From the NCBI GenBank assembly GCA_951406725.2, contig OX597842.1, positions 19,220,001-19,284,000 on the forward strand: a DNA stretch of 64,000 bases. Reading direction: 5' to 3'. Made by a program: the position numbers and the translations under genes. The DNA comes from Octopus vulgaris. Taxonomy: Eukaryota. The notes under the pieces were generated by a model. The model searched no databases, was not told the DNA's origin, and was given only the letters and a program-made list of their open reading frames with translations. Positions 39,299 to 52,329 of this stretch are shown piece after piece; the stretch's first letter is position 1; every line of letters starts with the position of its first letter.

Positions 39299-39717
39299 GT
39301 GAGTATAAAATAACTAATTGATTTCTATAAATTTTACCTTCATCTGAGATATATTATTTGTGTGAATGACTGAGAACAGGTTGTAAGAAAGAAAAGACAC
39401 AATGAAGAGAAAAACAGTGTTATCAAGTGATAGTTGAATGAGATATTCGCAGAAATGTTAGATTATGTAGGCTGTCTTAATAGAGAGAGAAAAGGGGAAG
39501 AATTTAGGAAGGTTAGTCTATTTTGTGGTGGCCCTGAATGTTGAGCTTTAACATGGTATCACGGTAGAAAGTATAAAAATATTAGCCAAAACCATAGTGG
39601 TCACCAGTTGACCATTGATAATAGGAATGTCTGACAATAATAAAATATAGACTATTAAGAAAAATAATTTTAAAAAATTTAACTATATATTGTAAAACTT
39701 TTAAATATTTATTTCAG

Positions 39718-39789
39718 AGAGTTTAAATTTGGATGAAAACCGCTCCCATAGCACATCGAAGAAGGTGGAAGTTAAGCAACAGCAAGTTG
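39718..39789 (+). CDS. Exon 10, 72-nt symmetric exon, a diverged paralogue of the first Death-domain exon
   Basis: TATTTCAG acceptor, GTGAGT donor; ends in QQV like exon 11. Confidence 0.72.
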
Positions 39790-40599
39790 GTGAGTATAAA
39801 ATAAGTCTGTAAGTGATTTCAAATTAGTTTTACTTCACTTGAGCATATTTTATTTGTCAGAAGGACTGTGAACAGGTTCCATTCTTAATTTTCAATTGAA
39901 AAATTATCTGTTTAATAATTCTTTTGAAGAAATTACTGAAATTTAAGAGAATGCCCACCAATGTTAGAACAGACAAAAGTTAATGATGTCTTTTGGAATA
40001 GAGAACTAAAATATGTTATTTGGTTGGGGGTGAACAAGTGCTTTAACGACAAGGCCTTCATTTTACATTTATACTGTGTTTACTAATAAGTTGTTGTTGT
40101 TTTAGCAGGAGTCTCTCATAATCTGGCAGACTTACAATGAAATGCATTCCAAGTGTCAACATCCTGTCTTTTTGTCACTGATAGGAAATCTAACATTACA
40201 TCCATTAAACACATTGTCTTTATCGAAGTAGAAAACACTGGCTTGCTACTGAGATAGCCATTGCTTCTTTGTTGTTTTTCTCTCTCTCATTCTCTTTTTG
40301 ATAGATACTAGCTGCAAGATACAACAAATGACATTGTCCTCATCATTTATCATCTGATTTCCATGTTGCTGTGGAATGGATGGTGAGGGGGGTGGGTCAC
40401 GGTCCAAGTCAGTTCTTATTAGCAGTTACTGTCCACCTTCGTTGGTTGAGGATCATGTCCCACTAAAACATTCCAGCTTTCCTATGATGGTCTACCCTTC
40501 CTAACACCATCCACTTTATAAAGGATCCTGGGTGCATTTTATTGTGGCACAAATACAAGAAAGATTGTTATGTATTCAACAAAATTAAACGTTCCTCTC

Positions 40600-40657
<58 letters not shown>

Positions 40658-40954
40658 AATCATTCCCTGAGTTCAGTACCTTCTTAGGTTGACTTTTCAT
40701 TTCATTCCTCATGGGTCAGTAAAACAATTACAAGTTACATAACATGTCAAACTAATTGACTTCATACTCTCTCCTACAGATCTATCCACTTGTATTAATC
40801 GAAGAATTCATAATTAACATTCATTTTTGATCATTTTTCAAAACCCTCGTTACCACACTATATTGTTGTCCAACTGAATCATCTCTTCCAATCATATCAA
40901 GTAAAACCTTCCGCTTTTCTGTATATTTTGGTGAGACTGATTGTTTGGTGTTTT

Positions 40955-41219
40955 AGAACATGACCTTTAAAGCCAAGTATTGAGAAGACGACCCATCAAG
41001 CCAAGTAAAATTGCAGTCGTGGCAGATACTGGTGCCGTGCTGGTGGCATGTAAAAGCACCCATTGCACTCAGGGAATGGTTGGCATTAAGAAGGGCATCC
41101 AGCCGTAGAAACCATGCCAAATCAGACTGGAGTCTGGTGCAGCCTTCTAACTTGCCAGCCTCAGTCAAACTGTCCAATCCATGCCAGCATGGACAATGGA
41201 CGTGAAGTGATGATGATGA
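40955..41219 (+). mobile_element. RTE-3'-end-like short element with (GAT)n tail
   Basis: GGAAGGGCATCCAGCCGTAGAAAC-like core; similar copies near 22735, 34875 and 37775. Confidence 0.7.
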
Positions 41220-41289
41220 ACTGGAGGGGCACATACAGGAGATCTACACTGATCCTAAGTGAGATAATCCATTCCTACTCATGGACAGT

Positions 41290-42410
41290 TTGAAATGTCC
41301 CCAAAAAACCATGAATCAAATCTCAACTTGGTGGTTTCTAGCAGAAACAATTATATAGCTGAGTGAAGAAGGCAAAAGCAAAGAGTGCCCCAGGAGGTGA
41401 TGGTGTATCATAGAAAGTGTACAGGTATTGTACACAATTATGTTATAAGCTGTACTTAAAGAGTTGTGGCATAAAGGTGAAATGGTTGATGACTAGTACA
41501 AGGCATAAAAAAATTACTTACCAAAGAAAGCTGAAACAGAACTGATTGAGCAGTTCAGACCCTTTTCAATCTTGAATGTAGATGGCAAGATTTATATGGG
41601 TCCAGTTGCCAAGAGATCAGCTACACATCTCCAAAATAATGACTATGAGACCGAGAGTGTCCAGGATGCTGGAATTTCCAGAACCACTGGATGGGTAGAA
41701 CATGATTTTTCAATGTGCAATGCAATACAAGACACAAAGAAGAATAAAAGGGATTTGAACGTTGTATGACCTGATCTGGTTGATGCTTATGGTTCTGTAC
41801 CACACAAATTAGTGATGGAACCAATGAACTTCTTTTATATATAAGAGAAGATTAGAGATCTGACTAGAAGCTGCTGTAATAATTTCAAAATGTGGTTCCT
41901 GACAGAAAATTTCACAACAGACATCGTTTTGAAACTGTAATTGCTGTAGGTTGCACAATATCAGTCATTTGGTTTGTGCTTGTTATGGAGATGTTACTTA
42001 GATCAGCAGATTGATCAGAAGAAATGGCTCGAGTGAAATCACCCAAGAAGGAATTTAAAGGATGATATAACAATACTAACAAGAGAGCAAAAGGGTATGC
42101 AAATAGTTCTGGATGGACTGGATTAACTAATTCTTTGGTCAAGAATGGAGTTTAAACCAAATAATTAATGCAGTCATTTGTCAAAAGGTTAGCTGAAGCA
42201 AGTGAAGTTCAAAACAGCATACAAAACCATGCCAAGGGTTAAAGAGAAACCTCTAAAATCTTTTGGACGATGGTATGCTACCTCATTGTCTAGTAAGAGT
42301 AGAGTTATAGAGGTCATGGCACAAACTGAAGATGGGCTAAAGGCAATAGCTAAGCCAACATTTCCTGGCAAATAAAAGATTTGATGCTTCCAGTTTGATC
42401 TGTATCCCTT
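41290..42410 (+). pseudogene. Degenerate RT of a non-LTR retrotransposon of the restriction-like-endonuclease group (NeSL/HERO-like)
   Basis: QFRPFSILNVDGKIY, DLVDAYGSVPH, VGCTISVIWFVLVME, DDITILT, WSRMEFKP and EKPLKSFGRWY, with many stops and shifts. Confidence 0.75.
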
Positions 42411-42964
42411 CCTTGCTTATAAAATTCTTGAGTATCAGTTTTTATGCAACATTTCAGATTTTTTTACTGCTATAATGTATGGATGAACAATTATATATAG
42501 TTAATAAGATTTTGTGAAAGCATAAAGTGTTTTTGGATACCTGATATGTTTTTGCTCCCTCTGTAGAATTAATCATTGCCCACCTGGAAAGAAATCTGCT
42601 TCATTAAGAAGTCTTCTAACATCTCAAATACATGTGGCACATATATAAGAAACAAAAAATGAAAACTAAAAGGAAAACAGTGTTATCAAGTGATAATTAA
42701 ATGAGATAATTGTAACATTGTTAGATTATTTAAGATGTTTTAATAGAGAAAGGAAATTGAGGAAGGTTAGTCTATTTTGTTGTAGACCTAAGTATTGAGC
42801 TATTTACCTGGTCCCACTGGAGAAAGCATAAAAATGTTGACCAAAAACATAGTGGTCACCCGATGACCAGCGATGATGACAGGTATGTCCTACTATAATA
42901 AAATATAGATTATAAATAAAGAATTTTTACTCTCAAGTATAACAGTTGCAAATATTTATTTCAG

Positions 42965-43036
42965 AAACTCCAAAGTTAGAGGAGAAGTGTCTCCAAGATG
43001 TTGCAAAACTGTTAGGAGTCAACTGGCAGCAAGTTG
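42965..43036 (+). CDS. Exon 11, Death domain N-terminal part (TPKLEEKCLQDVAKLLGVNWQQV)
   Basis: The L..VA..LG..W..(V/L)G pattern of Death-domain helices 1-2; 72 nt, phase 1 to 1. Confidence 0.9.
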
Positions 43037-44363
43037 GTGAGTATAAAATAACAGTACTTAATTGATTTCAATAAGTGTCAGCTTTTGTTTGTCAGCATGA
43101 CTAAGAGAAGCTCCCATTCCTACTTTCCAATTGAAAGGCTAGCTGTAAAGTGATTCTATTAAAGGTGTTGGTATTACTGAAACATCATAAAATAGCCACC
43201 GAGATTAGCGGGGTCAGTAAAATGGCTAAATTAGAGGACACAATCGATTTAATATTGTCTTTTGAGAGAGCAAATTAAAATATGTCATTTAAGGGTAAAC
43301 TGGTGAGTTAATGACCATTTTTTTTTGTTTGTTTTACATTTTTACTAAGTTTACGTTTTGTTGTTTTTTCTTTGCAAAATGCCTGTTTTAATCAGAAATA
43401 CGATGGAAAGTATTTCAGGTGGGACATCTCTGTCTTTCAGTTGGTAGTACAGGACTACATCATTAAGTGCATCCTTTTTTACATGCTCCTGTGTATAGTG
43501 AGTGGCACGTTGCAGCCACTCCACTGTCCAGTGTCCATTTAGTTGTGAACCACTCTTCACTGACATGTAATGGTTGATTGTACGTAGGTGGATGGTGTTT
43601 ATGTTGGTGATTCCTGTCTTCTTTCCTGCAAGTTAAAAGTATCCTCTTTGCTTGGTTTAATTTAACACCTCTCTATTACACTGGGTAACAACGATTTTTG
43701 TCCATGGATAACAATTGTTATTTCCAATTTGCTTAACCCTAGAAAATATGAGAATGGCTAGTATCTCCTTCAAACTTTGCTTTCGTCACAATATATACCA
43801 TGTAGACCTCACACATTTCAGCTGATGTTGTTTCACAGTGATTTTACGCTGTTGTCTTGATAAATTCACCACAGACACAGCAGAATGTATCTGCCAGATG
43901 CTTACAACCTCTTGATGCCATCTGTGATGAATGCAGTTCTTGGATAGTTAGAAATAAACTGAACTGGTGATCTTATGATCCCTTTTTTTACACTGGTATC
44001 TATGTTGCCAGAACGTTCTAGAAATTCTTGGAAATTTTAGTAACTTCTTGATGATAGTTCTAGAAAATTCTAGAAAATTCTGCTTCAGTGACTCAGCACT
44101 GAATCTGTCTGGAAATAGGTTTCAAAACATTGATGTCCAGGTGACAAAAGCAACGTTTGAAGGGAACAGATGTCCTTTCCTTTGATTTCTTGATGGAAGT
44201 AAATAGGAAATAACACTTAACTTATCAAAGACAAGAAAAAATTAAAAGTTTGTTAAGCAGTGTTATTGATTTCTCTCTAAATCATGTCCTTGAACCATTC
44301 AAAGAGATCCTTATTATGAGTCATGAACCCATGTTGTCTACCAAAATGTGTTATATTTTTGTA

Positions 44364-45604
44364 TTGGGTCATCCCATAAGTAATGCAGTGTTTTCAATTG
44401 TATGAACTAAAAGTTGGAGGGGGATGGGATAAACTACCTGCATCAACTTGCTATAAAAGCAGTACCTTGTACTTATTCTTAGTGTGAGTTTTGAAGAGTG
44501 CAGTTAAATTTTAACAGTTATTTTTTCAAAGCTATAATGGAAGTGACAAAGGAGCATATTCGACATATTTTGCTTTATGAGTTCAGTAAAAGCAACAATG
44601 CAACAGAAAGTGCGAGGAATATTAATGCAGGATTTGGGGATTGGACAATAAGTGTAAGCCAGTGTCAATGGTGGCTCCAGAAGTTCCGAGCTGGAAACTA
44701 CAGCCAAGAAGATCAACTTTGTTCTGGAAGATATGTAGAGCTTGACGAGGACATCCTGCAAACCCTGGTGGAACAAAATCCCATTGTAACTAGCAGAGAA
44801 GCTTGGATTTGGTCATTTAACCATTCATTAATACTTGCATGGTATTGGAAAAATCAGCAAATTGGGTCAATGGATTGAGCACAGAGTAAATGTGTGCTCT
44901 TCTCTGCTGCCATGTCTCATGAATGAACCTCTTTTGAACTGAATAGCGACTGGTGATGAGAAAAGGGTCCTCTATAAATATGTTATGCACCAAAGACAGT
45001 GGGTAGGGAAAGGAAAAATACTGGCACTCCAGAATAAAAAAGGTCTCTACCCACGTAAGGTGCTGTTATCTGTTTGGTGGGATATGAAAGGTTTGGTCCA
45101 CTTTGAACTTTTAAACCCAAACCAAACAATAACAAAGGAGATCTACTGTGAGCAGCTTGAGTGGCTTAAGTCAGTGCTAGAAGAGAAATGACCATCTTTG
45201 GTTCCAAGATGACAGGTGTTCTTCGATCAGGATAATGCTTGGCCACAGCAAGGATGACATTCCAAAGGCTGGAGCAGTTTGAATGAGAAACAATTCCCCA
45301 CCCACCATATTCACCAGTCATTGCCTCATCCGATTATCCTTTATTCTGCAGTCTTCAAAATCATTTGGACAGAAAAAAAATATGAATTCTGTAGATGCAG
45401 GCAGAACAGTAGTGGAGGAGTATTTTTCATCACGGACAAGTCAGTTTTGGAAGAGGTGCCTTGCAAGTGTGCCAGATAGATGGAAGAGCATTGTAGAAAA
45501 TGAAGGACAGTATAGTTTAGGTTAAAAAAGAAATTTGTTTATCTTAATTTTGAAGAATAAAATATGTATAAAACAAATGCATTATTATTTATAGGATGAC
45601 CCAA
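44364..45604 (+). mobile_element. Full-length degenerate mariner transposon (~1.24 kb)
   Basis: TIRs TTGGGTCATCCCATAA and TTATAGGATGACCCAA, with a TA flank on the left. Confidence 0.9.
44537..45525 (+). pseudogene. mariner D,D34D transposase pseudogene
   Basis: MEVTKEHIRHILLYEF, TGDEK, LLSVWWDMKG, QDNA and HPPYSP..SDY, with stops and frameshifts. Confidence 0.9.
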
Positions 45605-46535
45605 TGCTTTGTGTAGTTGAGATCATTCTGGTATCTTGTCTCTTTGTATTTGAATTGGCCCAGATATGCCTAATAGTACTGGTATTGTCTGATAGTTCAA
45701 ACCATATCTTCTAGATATTTCTAACTCTTGATATGCTTTAGTTATCAATTATTCAGAAGAGGAGAAGCATCACAGACAACTATTTCAGGCATTGACCATG
45801 GAATGTTATCAGACGGCCAAAATGGGATTCCTTTGAAGGATCTCTGGAGTAATGATACTAAATAGGATGTATAGTCCAGAGATCTGGGAATCTCTCCAGG
45901 TTGAGCCAGTTCCTCTCCACATCTCTGGTACTATGGACGTGTGTTGCAGGAACAAATAACAAGACAGATTCTTCAAGCCAAACTAATGGAGCAGGGGTCC
46001 TAGGGGTAGATCACAAACTAAATGGTTGGGTGATAGCCATTGTCTTAGCTGTTTATGTTTGGGAACCCAACCAAAAGCTCTCATGACAGCTGCTTCTGAT
46101 AGGACCCTATGGAGGAGATGCCTGAAGACTCTGTCTTTACAATCCTCCCAAGAATATTGATCAGAGACAATGGTTGGGTGGATCAAATGGATTGACTGTT
46201 GATGGTCTATATTGATTCTTTAGGTTCTCCATACACTTTTGCCAACACAAACACTTCTCCTACCATCTGTTTACCATAAATTTTTGAAAGTGTAATTTTC
46301 AATTAATTTTCTTTAAAATCTTCACCATTTTCATCCTGTATTTCCACCTCTTCGTTATTATTTAATTAACATTCTTAGAAACAGAGAACAACATCTTTTA
46401 TTTATTTTTTTATGTTTCTTAACTATTTCTCATTCACATAATTTATTTGTTACATTTATGACAAACTACAGTACACATCTTTTATGTAATCATTAATGAT
46501 TTTGAAATTATTTCTCATTGTTTTATGTTTTGCAG

Positions 46536-46741
46536 GCAGGAATTTAGGAATCAGAAATGTCCAACTGGGGATTATCAAGCATGACAATCCTTTAAACACT
46601 AAAGAGCAGAGCTTCCAGATGCTGCACACATGGTACACAAGTTGTGATCCAGAGAGACGAACACTCAAAACACTCAGAAAAGCTCTTGAGGAAGCTGAAT
46701 GCTTTGAGGCACTTCAATGCCTACCATCAGAAGAAAAGTGA
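46536..46741 (+). CDS. Exon 12 (last), Death domain C-terminal part and stop
   Basis: RNLGIRNVQLGIIKHDNP..KEQSFQMLHTW..TLKTLRKALEEAEC; TTGCAG acceptor, TGA stop. Confidence 0.92.
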
Positions 46742-46987
46742 ACTTGTGTGTAAATGCTGCAATTGTTTAGTCCAAGGTCAACCTTGACTAAACAGAGACT
46801 CCTGATCAAATGCCTTCCAGCTAGGACCCTCCTGACTTTATCCTTAGTGTAGGGAACCCAGAATCACATTGTCCTATGTGATAATTGAATTGAGCAGGAT
46901 TTGGCTACTAATTCTAGCAAATCTATCAACAACATAAGAGACTCCCTTCCTGAATTGTTTCTTTTCTTCTCAGAAATTAACTTTTGA

Positions 46988-46993
46988 AATAAA
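46988..46993 (+). terminator. Candidate polyadenylation signal
   Basis: AATAAA ~250 nt after the stop, followed by a GT-rich tract. Confidence 0.55.
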
Positions 46994-47119
46994 GATAAAC
47001 TTTGAAATGTTTATTTGTTGTTGTTGCTGTTGTTGTTGCTGTGTATCTAACCTCCTCCCCATTATTGTGTAAACAGTTTTAAGATCCTCTCATATATTCA
47101 TAGTTATCTACCTTCATTT

Positions 47120-47468
47120 AACCACACAGTTCCGGGTTCAGTACCACTGCGTGGCACCTTGGGCAACTCTTCTACTATAGCCTCGGGCAGACCAAAGCCT
47201 TGTGAGTGGATTTGGTAGACGGAAACTAAAAGAAGCCCGTCGTATGTATATATAATATGTTAATATGTGTGTCTGTGTTTGTCCCACCAACATCGCTTGA
47301 CAACCGATGCTGGTATGTTTACGTCCCCGTTACTTAGCTGTTCGGCAAAAGAGACTGATAGAATAAGTACTAGGCTTATAAAGAATAAGTCCTGGGGTTG
47401 ATTTGCTTGACTAAAAGGCGCTGCTCCAGCATAGCCGCAGTCAAATAACTGAAACAAGTAAAAGAGTA
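47120..47468 (+). mobile_element. SINE (main family)
   Basis: Similarity to head and tail. Confidence 0.85.
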
Positions 47469-47477
47469 TATCATATG

Positions 47478-47780
47478 TGGAGGCGCAATGGCCCAGTGGT
47501 TAGGGCAGCGGACTCGTGGTCGTAGGATCACGGTTTCAATTCTCAGACCGGGCGTTGTGAGTGTTTATTGAGCAAAAACACCCAAAGTTCCACGAGGCTC
47601 CAGCAGGGGGTGGTAGCGATCCCTGCTGTACTCTTTCGCCACATCTTTCTCTCACTCTTTCTTCTGTTGGCCTGCTCACTTAGCCAGCAGGTTGTTGTCA
47701 TTTGAAGGCTAAAACAATGCGAAGCGCCTTGTGACCAGTGATGTGTAGCAACATCTGATAATCTGGTCGGTCACGGTGAT
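47478..47780 (+). mobile_element. Third tRNA-derived SINE family
   Basis: GGCGCAATGGCCCAGTGGTTAGGGCAGCGGACT...GGTTTCAATTC head. Confidence 0.7.
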
Positions 47781-48332
47781 ATATATATCATATAGAGATT
47801 CTTTTTCTATGTAATATATGATGTACCTGTGGGCATTTCACTTTGACCTGTTGTGGTGTTTTAAGACAGGTCCCCTCTAATGTAGGGGGTGTTTGAATAA
47901 AGCTCAGGGTTGTTAATGCAAGTAAGAGTTATCTCTATTTTATATTCTAGCTTTAGGATCATTGTTAGTTACTAATTACTGCAATTTTTTTATCAGCAGA
48001 AAATAAAACTTTATGATTGCATATATAAAAAATAAATCCATAATTTTACAATTTAATTATTGATGTGTAGATAAATCCTTTTCTATTAAGATAATGGTAT
48101 ATTTGTGATTTTTATACAAATGTGGTTGTGGAAAAGACACAATGACTCTCACCTTCCAAATAACTTGTTATTAGATTCGCTCATGATAGGAGAAAACAAA
48201 ACTGGTTGAACTGAAATTATATACAAAAATATTTCAATTACATCAAATTTATTTCAGAAAATGATCAACAGTTACTATGAAAATTTTATTAGTATTCAAA
48301 CAAATTATTTGGTATCAAAGTTTGTGGAAATT

Positions 48333-48720
48333 ATCTCTCTATATATAAACGGCAAAATGTCTGTGTGTGTGTCCTTTATACAAATGCACAATTTTTCAGT
48401 TAGAGGGCTCACACTTTCTATCGTCATTCAAAACCGTCCAAGGGTGGTTGTGCACATCTTTACATTTCCCCAGTCACCCTGCAAAGCCATTAAAAAATCA
48501 ACAGAAATGACTTTTTTCTGTTTGAAATACACTGAAAAGGGCGACAAAGCAGTCAAAAAATGTTTTTTGTGAATTTTCTATCCAAAATACAATCAAAATG
48601 CTTGAAACTTGATACGCCAATTGAATGCCAGCTAGCTGTATGTGATTGGTCGGAGATTTGGACAGTACTCGCGTGTATGTGTTCTCGCACGCAGCTGTAT
48701 ATGCACTAGAACTATGACCT
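48333..48720 (+). mobile_element. Helitron-like 5' portion
   Basis: Starts ATCTCTCTATATATAAACGGCA, matching the 5' end of the 63163-63538 element. Confidence 0.5.
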
Positions 48721-48724
48721 GGTG

Positions 48725-48972
48725 TTTTCTCTTGTGTACAGTGGCTTTTCTCTCTGGGACACATTTGTAGCATATGGCTTGCATTACAGACATGAATTGT
48801 TGAAGTTTCATGTCGATGTCTGGCGAGGATAGACATTCAGGCCAGTTTTGTTTGAGGATCTCTTTCTCAATTTGTTCCCAGTTTGCCTTATGGAAGTTCA
48901 AGCTGGAAAGATTCTGAGAGTTTGTTGTAGGCTGCATGTCCATGCTTTCCTTTGGCCCGTACATGGTCAGCT
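48725..48972 (-). pseudogene. CR1/L2-type LINE fragment (EN-RT linker)
   Basis: LNFHKANWEQIEKEILKQNW...CVPERK. Confidence 0.6.
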
Positions 48973-48974
48973 CT

Positions 48975-49310
48975 ATATAAAATATAAAATTTAAATTATT
49001 AAATTTTTAATTTTTAAATTTATACTCATAATTTATTTTATTTTTATATTTTAAATTTTAAATTTATAAATTTTTAAAACTTAAAATATTTTTTTAAACT
49101 ATCAAATAGTATTAAAAAGTTTAATATAATACAATAAGTAAAAACATATTACTTATTACATATTACTTATTATTTTAAACACTTTAATACTTTTTAATAG
49201 TTTACGAAAAAAAATTAAAATTTTAAAAATTTATAAATTTAAAACTTAAATATAAAAATCTATAAATATGAATTATAAAATTTCAAATTTTAAATTTTAG
49301 ATTTTATATA
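48975..49310. repeat. Almost pure-AT imperfect palindrome
   Basis: TAAATTTTAAATTTATAAATTTTTAAAA..AAACTAT is mirrored by ATAGTTT..TTTTAAAAATTTATAAATTTAAAACTTA. Confidence 0.7.
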
Positions 49311-49381
49311 TATTTTGTATATTAATTATATTTATTCTTTGTTTTTTTATGTTTTGGTTTATGTGTATCACTGTTTGAGAA

Positions 49382-50142
49382 CTCAAAAACACCTTAATTG
49401 ACAGACATTACCCAACTCAACTCATAGAGGATGGGATCAGACGTGCAACAGAAATCAACATAGAAACTTTAAGAAAAGTTCAACACAACAACACACCTTC
49501 CCCGAAAATACTACCTTACATATCTACATACAACCCCAGAAACAAAGAAGCTTTCACCATCATCACCCAGAATTTACCAATACTTCATAAAAACCCCAAA
49601 TTAAAGGAAATTCTAAACATACACCAAATCATTAAAAGCTACAAACAGCCTAAATCACTTAAAAGATTCTCACAAAGGCAAAATTGTCTTCTAAAATTAC
49701 GGATGCAAAAGTAAAAAAATGTGGTAGATCGAACTGTGCAACATGTCCTAACCTATTGGAAGGATCAGAATTCTTCTTTAAAGAGGGACAGAAATTCAAG
49801 ATCAAATCTAACTTTACTTGTGCCTCTGAAAACATAATTTATGTCATTAAATGCTCGGGCTGCCACCAAGACTACGTGGGGTCCACGGGACTATCACTCA
49901 GACGTAGATGCACACTGCATCGACAACAGATTGCATTCCCAGAATATAGAATGATACCTTTTAGTGAGCATATTGAGAAATGCGCAAAGCAACTACAACC
50001 ACAATTTTTAATCTTTCCATTTTACCAATGTGCTTTCGGATCATCATCACAAATTAGACTAAATAAGGAAACATTCTTCATTGAAAAGTACAAACCCAGA
50101 CTCAACTATCCGAACTCAATAATACAGAGAAATTCACACTAA
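49382..50142 (+). pseudogene. Penelope-like element 3' fragment: RT thumb/linker + GIY-YIG endonuclease, one frameshift near 49668
   Basis: DRHYPTQLI, LPYISTYNP, CGRSNCATC and NIIYVIKCSGCHQDYVGST..LRRR..LH. Confidence 0.9.
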
Positions 50143-50270
50143 AGGAAAAAAATTTTTTTAAGCGATTATCTCCCTTACACCGGAAGAAATCACTCACTAC
50201 TTTCCCTTATTTAGAACTCTCCGTAGCAAAAATACAAGGATTACGTTATTAAAAATAAACATTAAGTCAC

Positions 50271-50309
50271 AAGAAATTTGAAGAGCTAACTGCGAAACCG
50301 GTATTTCTT
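50271..50309 (+). ncRNA. Minimal hammerhead variant downstream of the Penelope ORF
   Basis: AAGAAA-T-TTGAAGA-GC-TAACT-GC-GAAA-CCGG-TA-TTTCTT; the core has a C-to-T change. Confidence 0.5.
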
Positions 50310-50440
50310 TAAAAATTATAAAATTATGTCATTTTAAGGAGGGAAAAAAATTTTTCCAATATTCTCCAGACATTTTGACGCAAATATATATATTTTTTAA
50401 CATTTAAGCCTTCTGTCGTTTCTTCACTCTTTACTATTTT

Positions 50441-50473
<33 letters not shown>

Positions 50474-50626
50474 GTATATTCAAAACGTGCATACACGCAA
50501 CAAAACACACACATGACCAGATACACATCTGCACGTAAAACTGAAATATATATAAGTTCACACATATCCACCAATTTATCAATCTGACTATATATATATA
50601 TATATATGTATTTTTTTTATAGAAGG

Positions 50627-50677
50627 AGCTTCTACAGGACTAGAACTGTTTCATTCAAAAGAAATCATCAGGAAGCT
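50627..50677 (-). ncRNA. Type I hammerhead ribozyme at the left end of the palindrome
   Basis: Minus strand: AGCTTC-CTGATGA-TTTCTTTTGAAT-GAAA-CAG-TTCTAGTC-CTG-TA-GAAGCT. Confidence 0.8.
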
Positions 50678-51135
50678 TGGTGACAAGAATAGTTTTGGCA
50701 TTTATACATTTAGGCAGATTTAAAGTGGTGGTGGTAGTGGACTTTTTGGGGTCGGCATGGGGCAGACTGTCTTTCTTAGGGGAGTGGTCAAAAGAATCGG
50801 TGATAAAGTAGATAAAAGAATAAATAGAATAATAGAATAGAGTTTTAGGTAAATAAGAAGACTATCACTCATATATATATATATATATACATATACACAC
50901 ATACATACATATATATATATGCACCCATATACATACATATACGTACACACCCATACACATACATACACACATACATATATCCATACACTCACATATATAT
51001 ATATATATATATATACAAATACACACACATACATGCCAACATGCAAGCACACGCACACATATCTACACACATATATAAAAAAAGAATATACACCCCCATA
51101 CACACACGCTCACATATATATATACATACATATAT

Positions 51136-51168
<33 letters not shown>

Positions 51169-51861
51169 CATATATACATATATATACATATGTATATACA
51201 TGCACACATATACACACACATTTCTTCCCTTATTTTATTTTATTTTTATTTTGACCTCGACCTACCAGGCCGGCACTGAAGTAAGACCCTCCTGAGGGAG
51301 CTAGCCTGCCTAAAAAAACCATTTATTGCCCCTCTCCCTTCCTTTCTAACTTTCTTCCCACTGATACGAACACGAACACTCACACACGCACACACACTCA
51401 CACGCACACTCATACACATACACAAACGCACGTGTTCTATGTATACACATACATATACACACACAAGTACACATATTCATACATACATAAGTGTACCGAC
51501 TTTCACATAAACGTACACATAACTATGTACACACAAAACCACATATATAAATGTACTTCAGTACACATAAACACACATGAACATCTGCCCGCATATATAG
51601 ACGCATATGCCTATATACAGACATTTGTGCATATAAACATACATACGCATATATATGCATCCATACGCTTTTAAGTACATATTAGCACACCTGCAAGCAT
51701 ACACGTGTACATAAAAGCATACCTACATATACCTACCTACACACATACATATACATACATGCACGTATATACACATACGTACACGTACCTACAAATTCAT
51801 ATCTACACGCATACACATACTTACATCTATAAACACACAGAAAACTAGTCCATATATATAC

Positions 51862-51914
<53 letters not shown>

Positions 51915-52329
51915 TACACATACGTATATACCTACATATACATACACATATATACTTACACCAGTCATATACATACCTACATACACATACATACATATAT
52001 ATAAACACATGCACATACTAATACACATACGCATATCTACGCACATACACGCACACATATCTATCTACATATATAAAAAAGAAACCCAACAAGTCCATAC
52101 ATATACACACATACATATACATATACACGTACATACATACACATACATATACACATATATACCCATACATATATACATACATATACACATACACATATAC
52201 ATATATATATATATATACACATATATATACATACACACACATACATATACGTCCATACGCACAACATATACATACATACATCCACACTGAGGTATACAGG
52301 CATATACACACACATATATACTCATATAT

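Larger units (their letters stand above)
20061..46741 (+). other. Gene span: ankyrin-repeat/RING/Death-domain protein (Mind-bomb-like ANK-RING module plus C-terminal Death domain), ~675 aa
   Basis: 12 exons with GT-AG boundaries in compatible phases; the summed CDS is 2028 nt once one base is restored in exon 4. Confidence 0.88.

Noticed and set aside
20061-46741. Naming the gene MIB1/MIB2
   Set aside because: No MIB-HERC2/ZZ exons are visible, there is only one RING and there is an extra Death domain, so orthology is unsupported
47478-47550. tRNA-like sequences in SINE heads
   Set aside because: No complete cloverleaf, and they continue into SINE bodies; not tRNA genes
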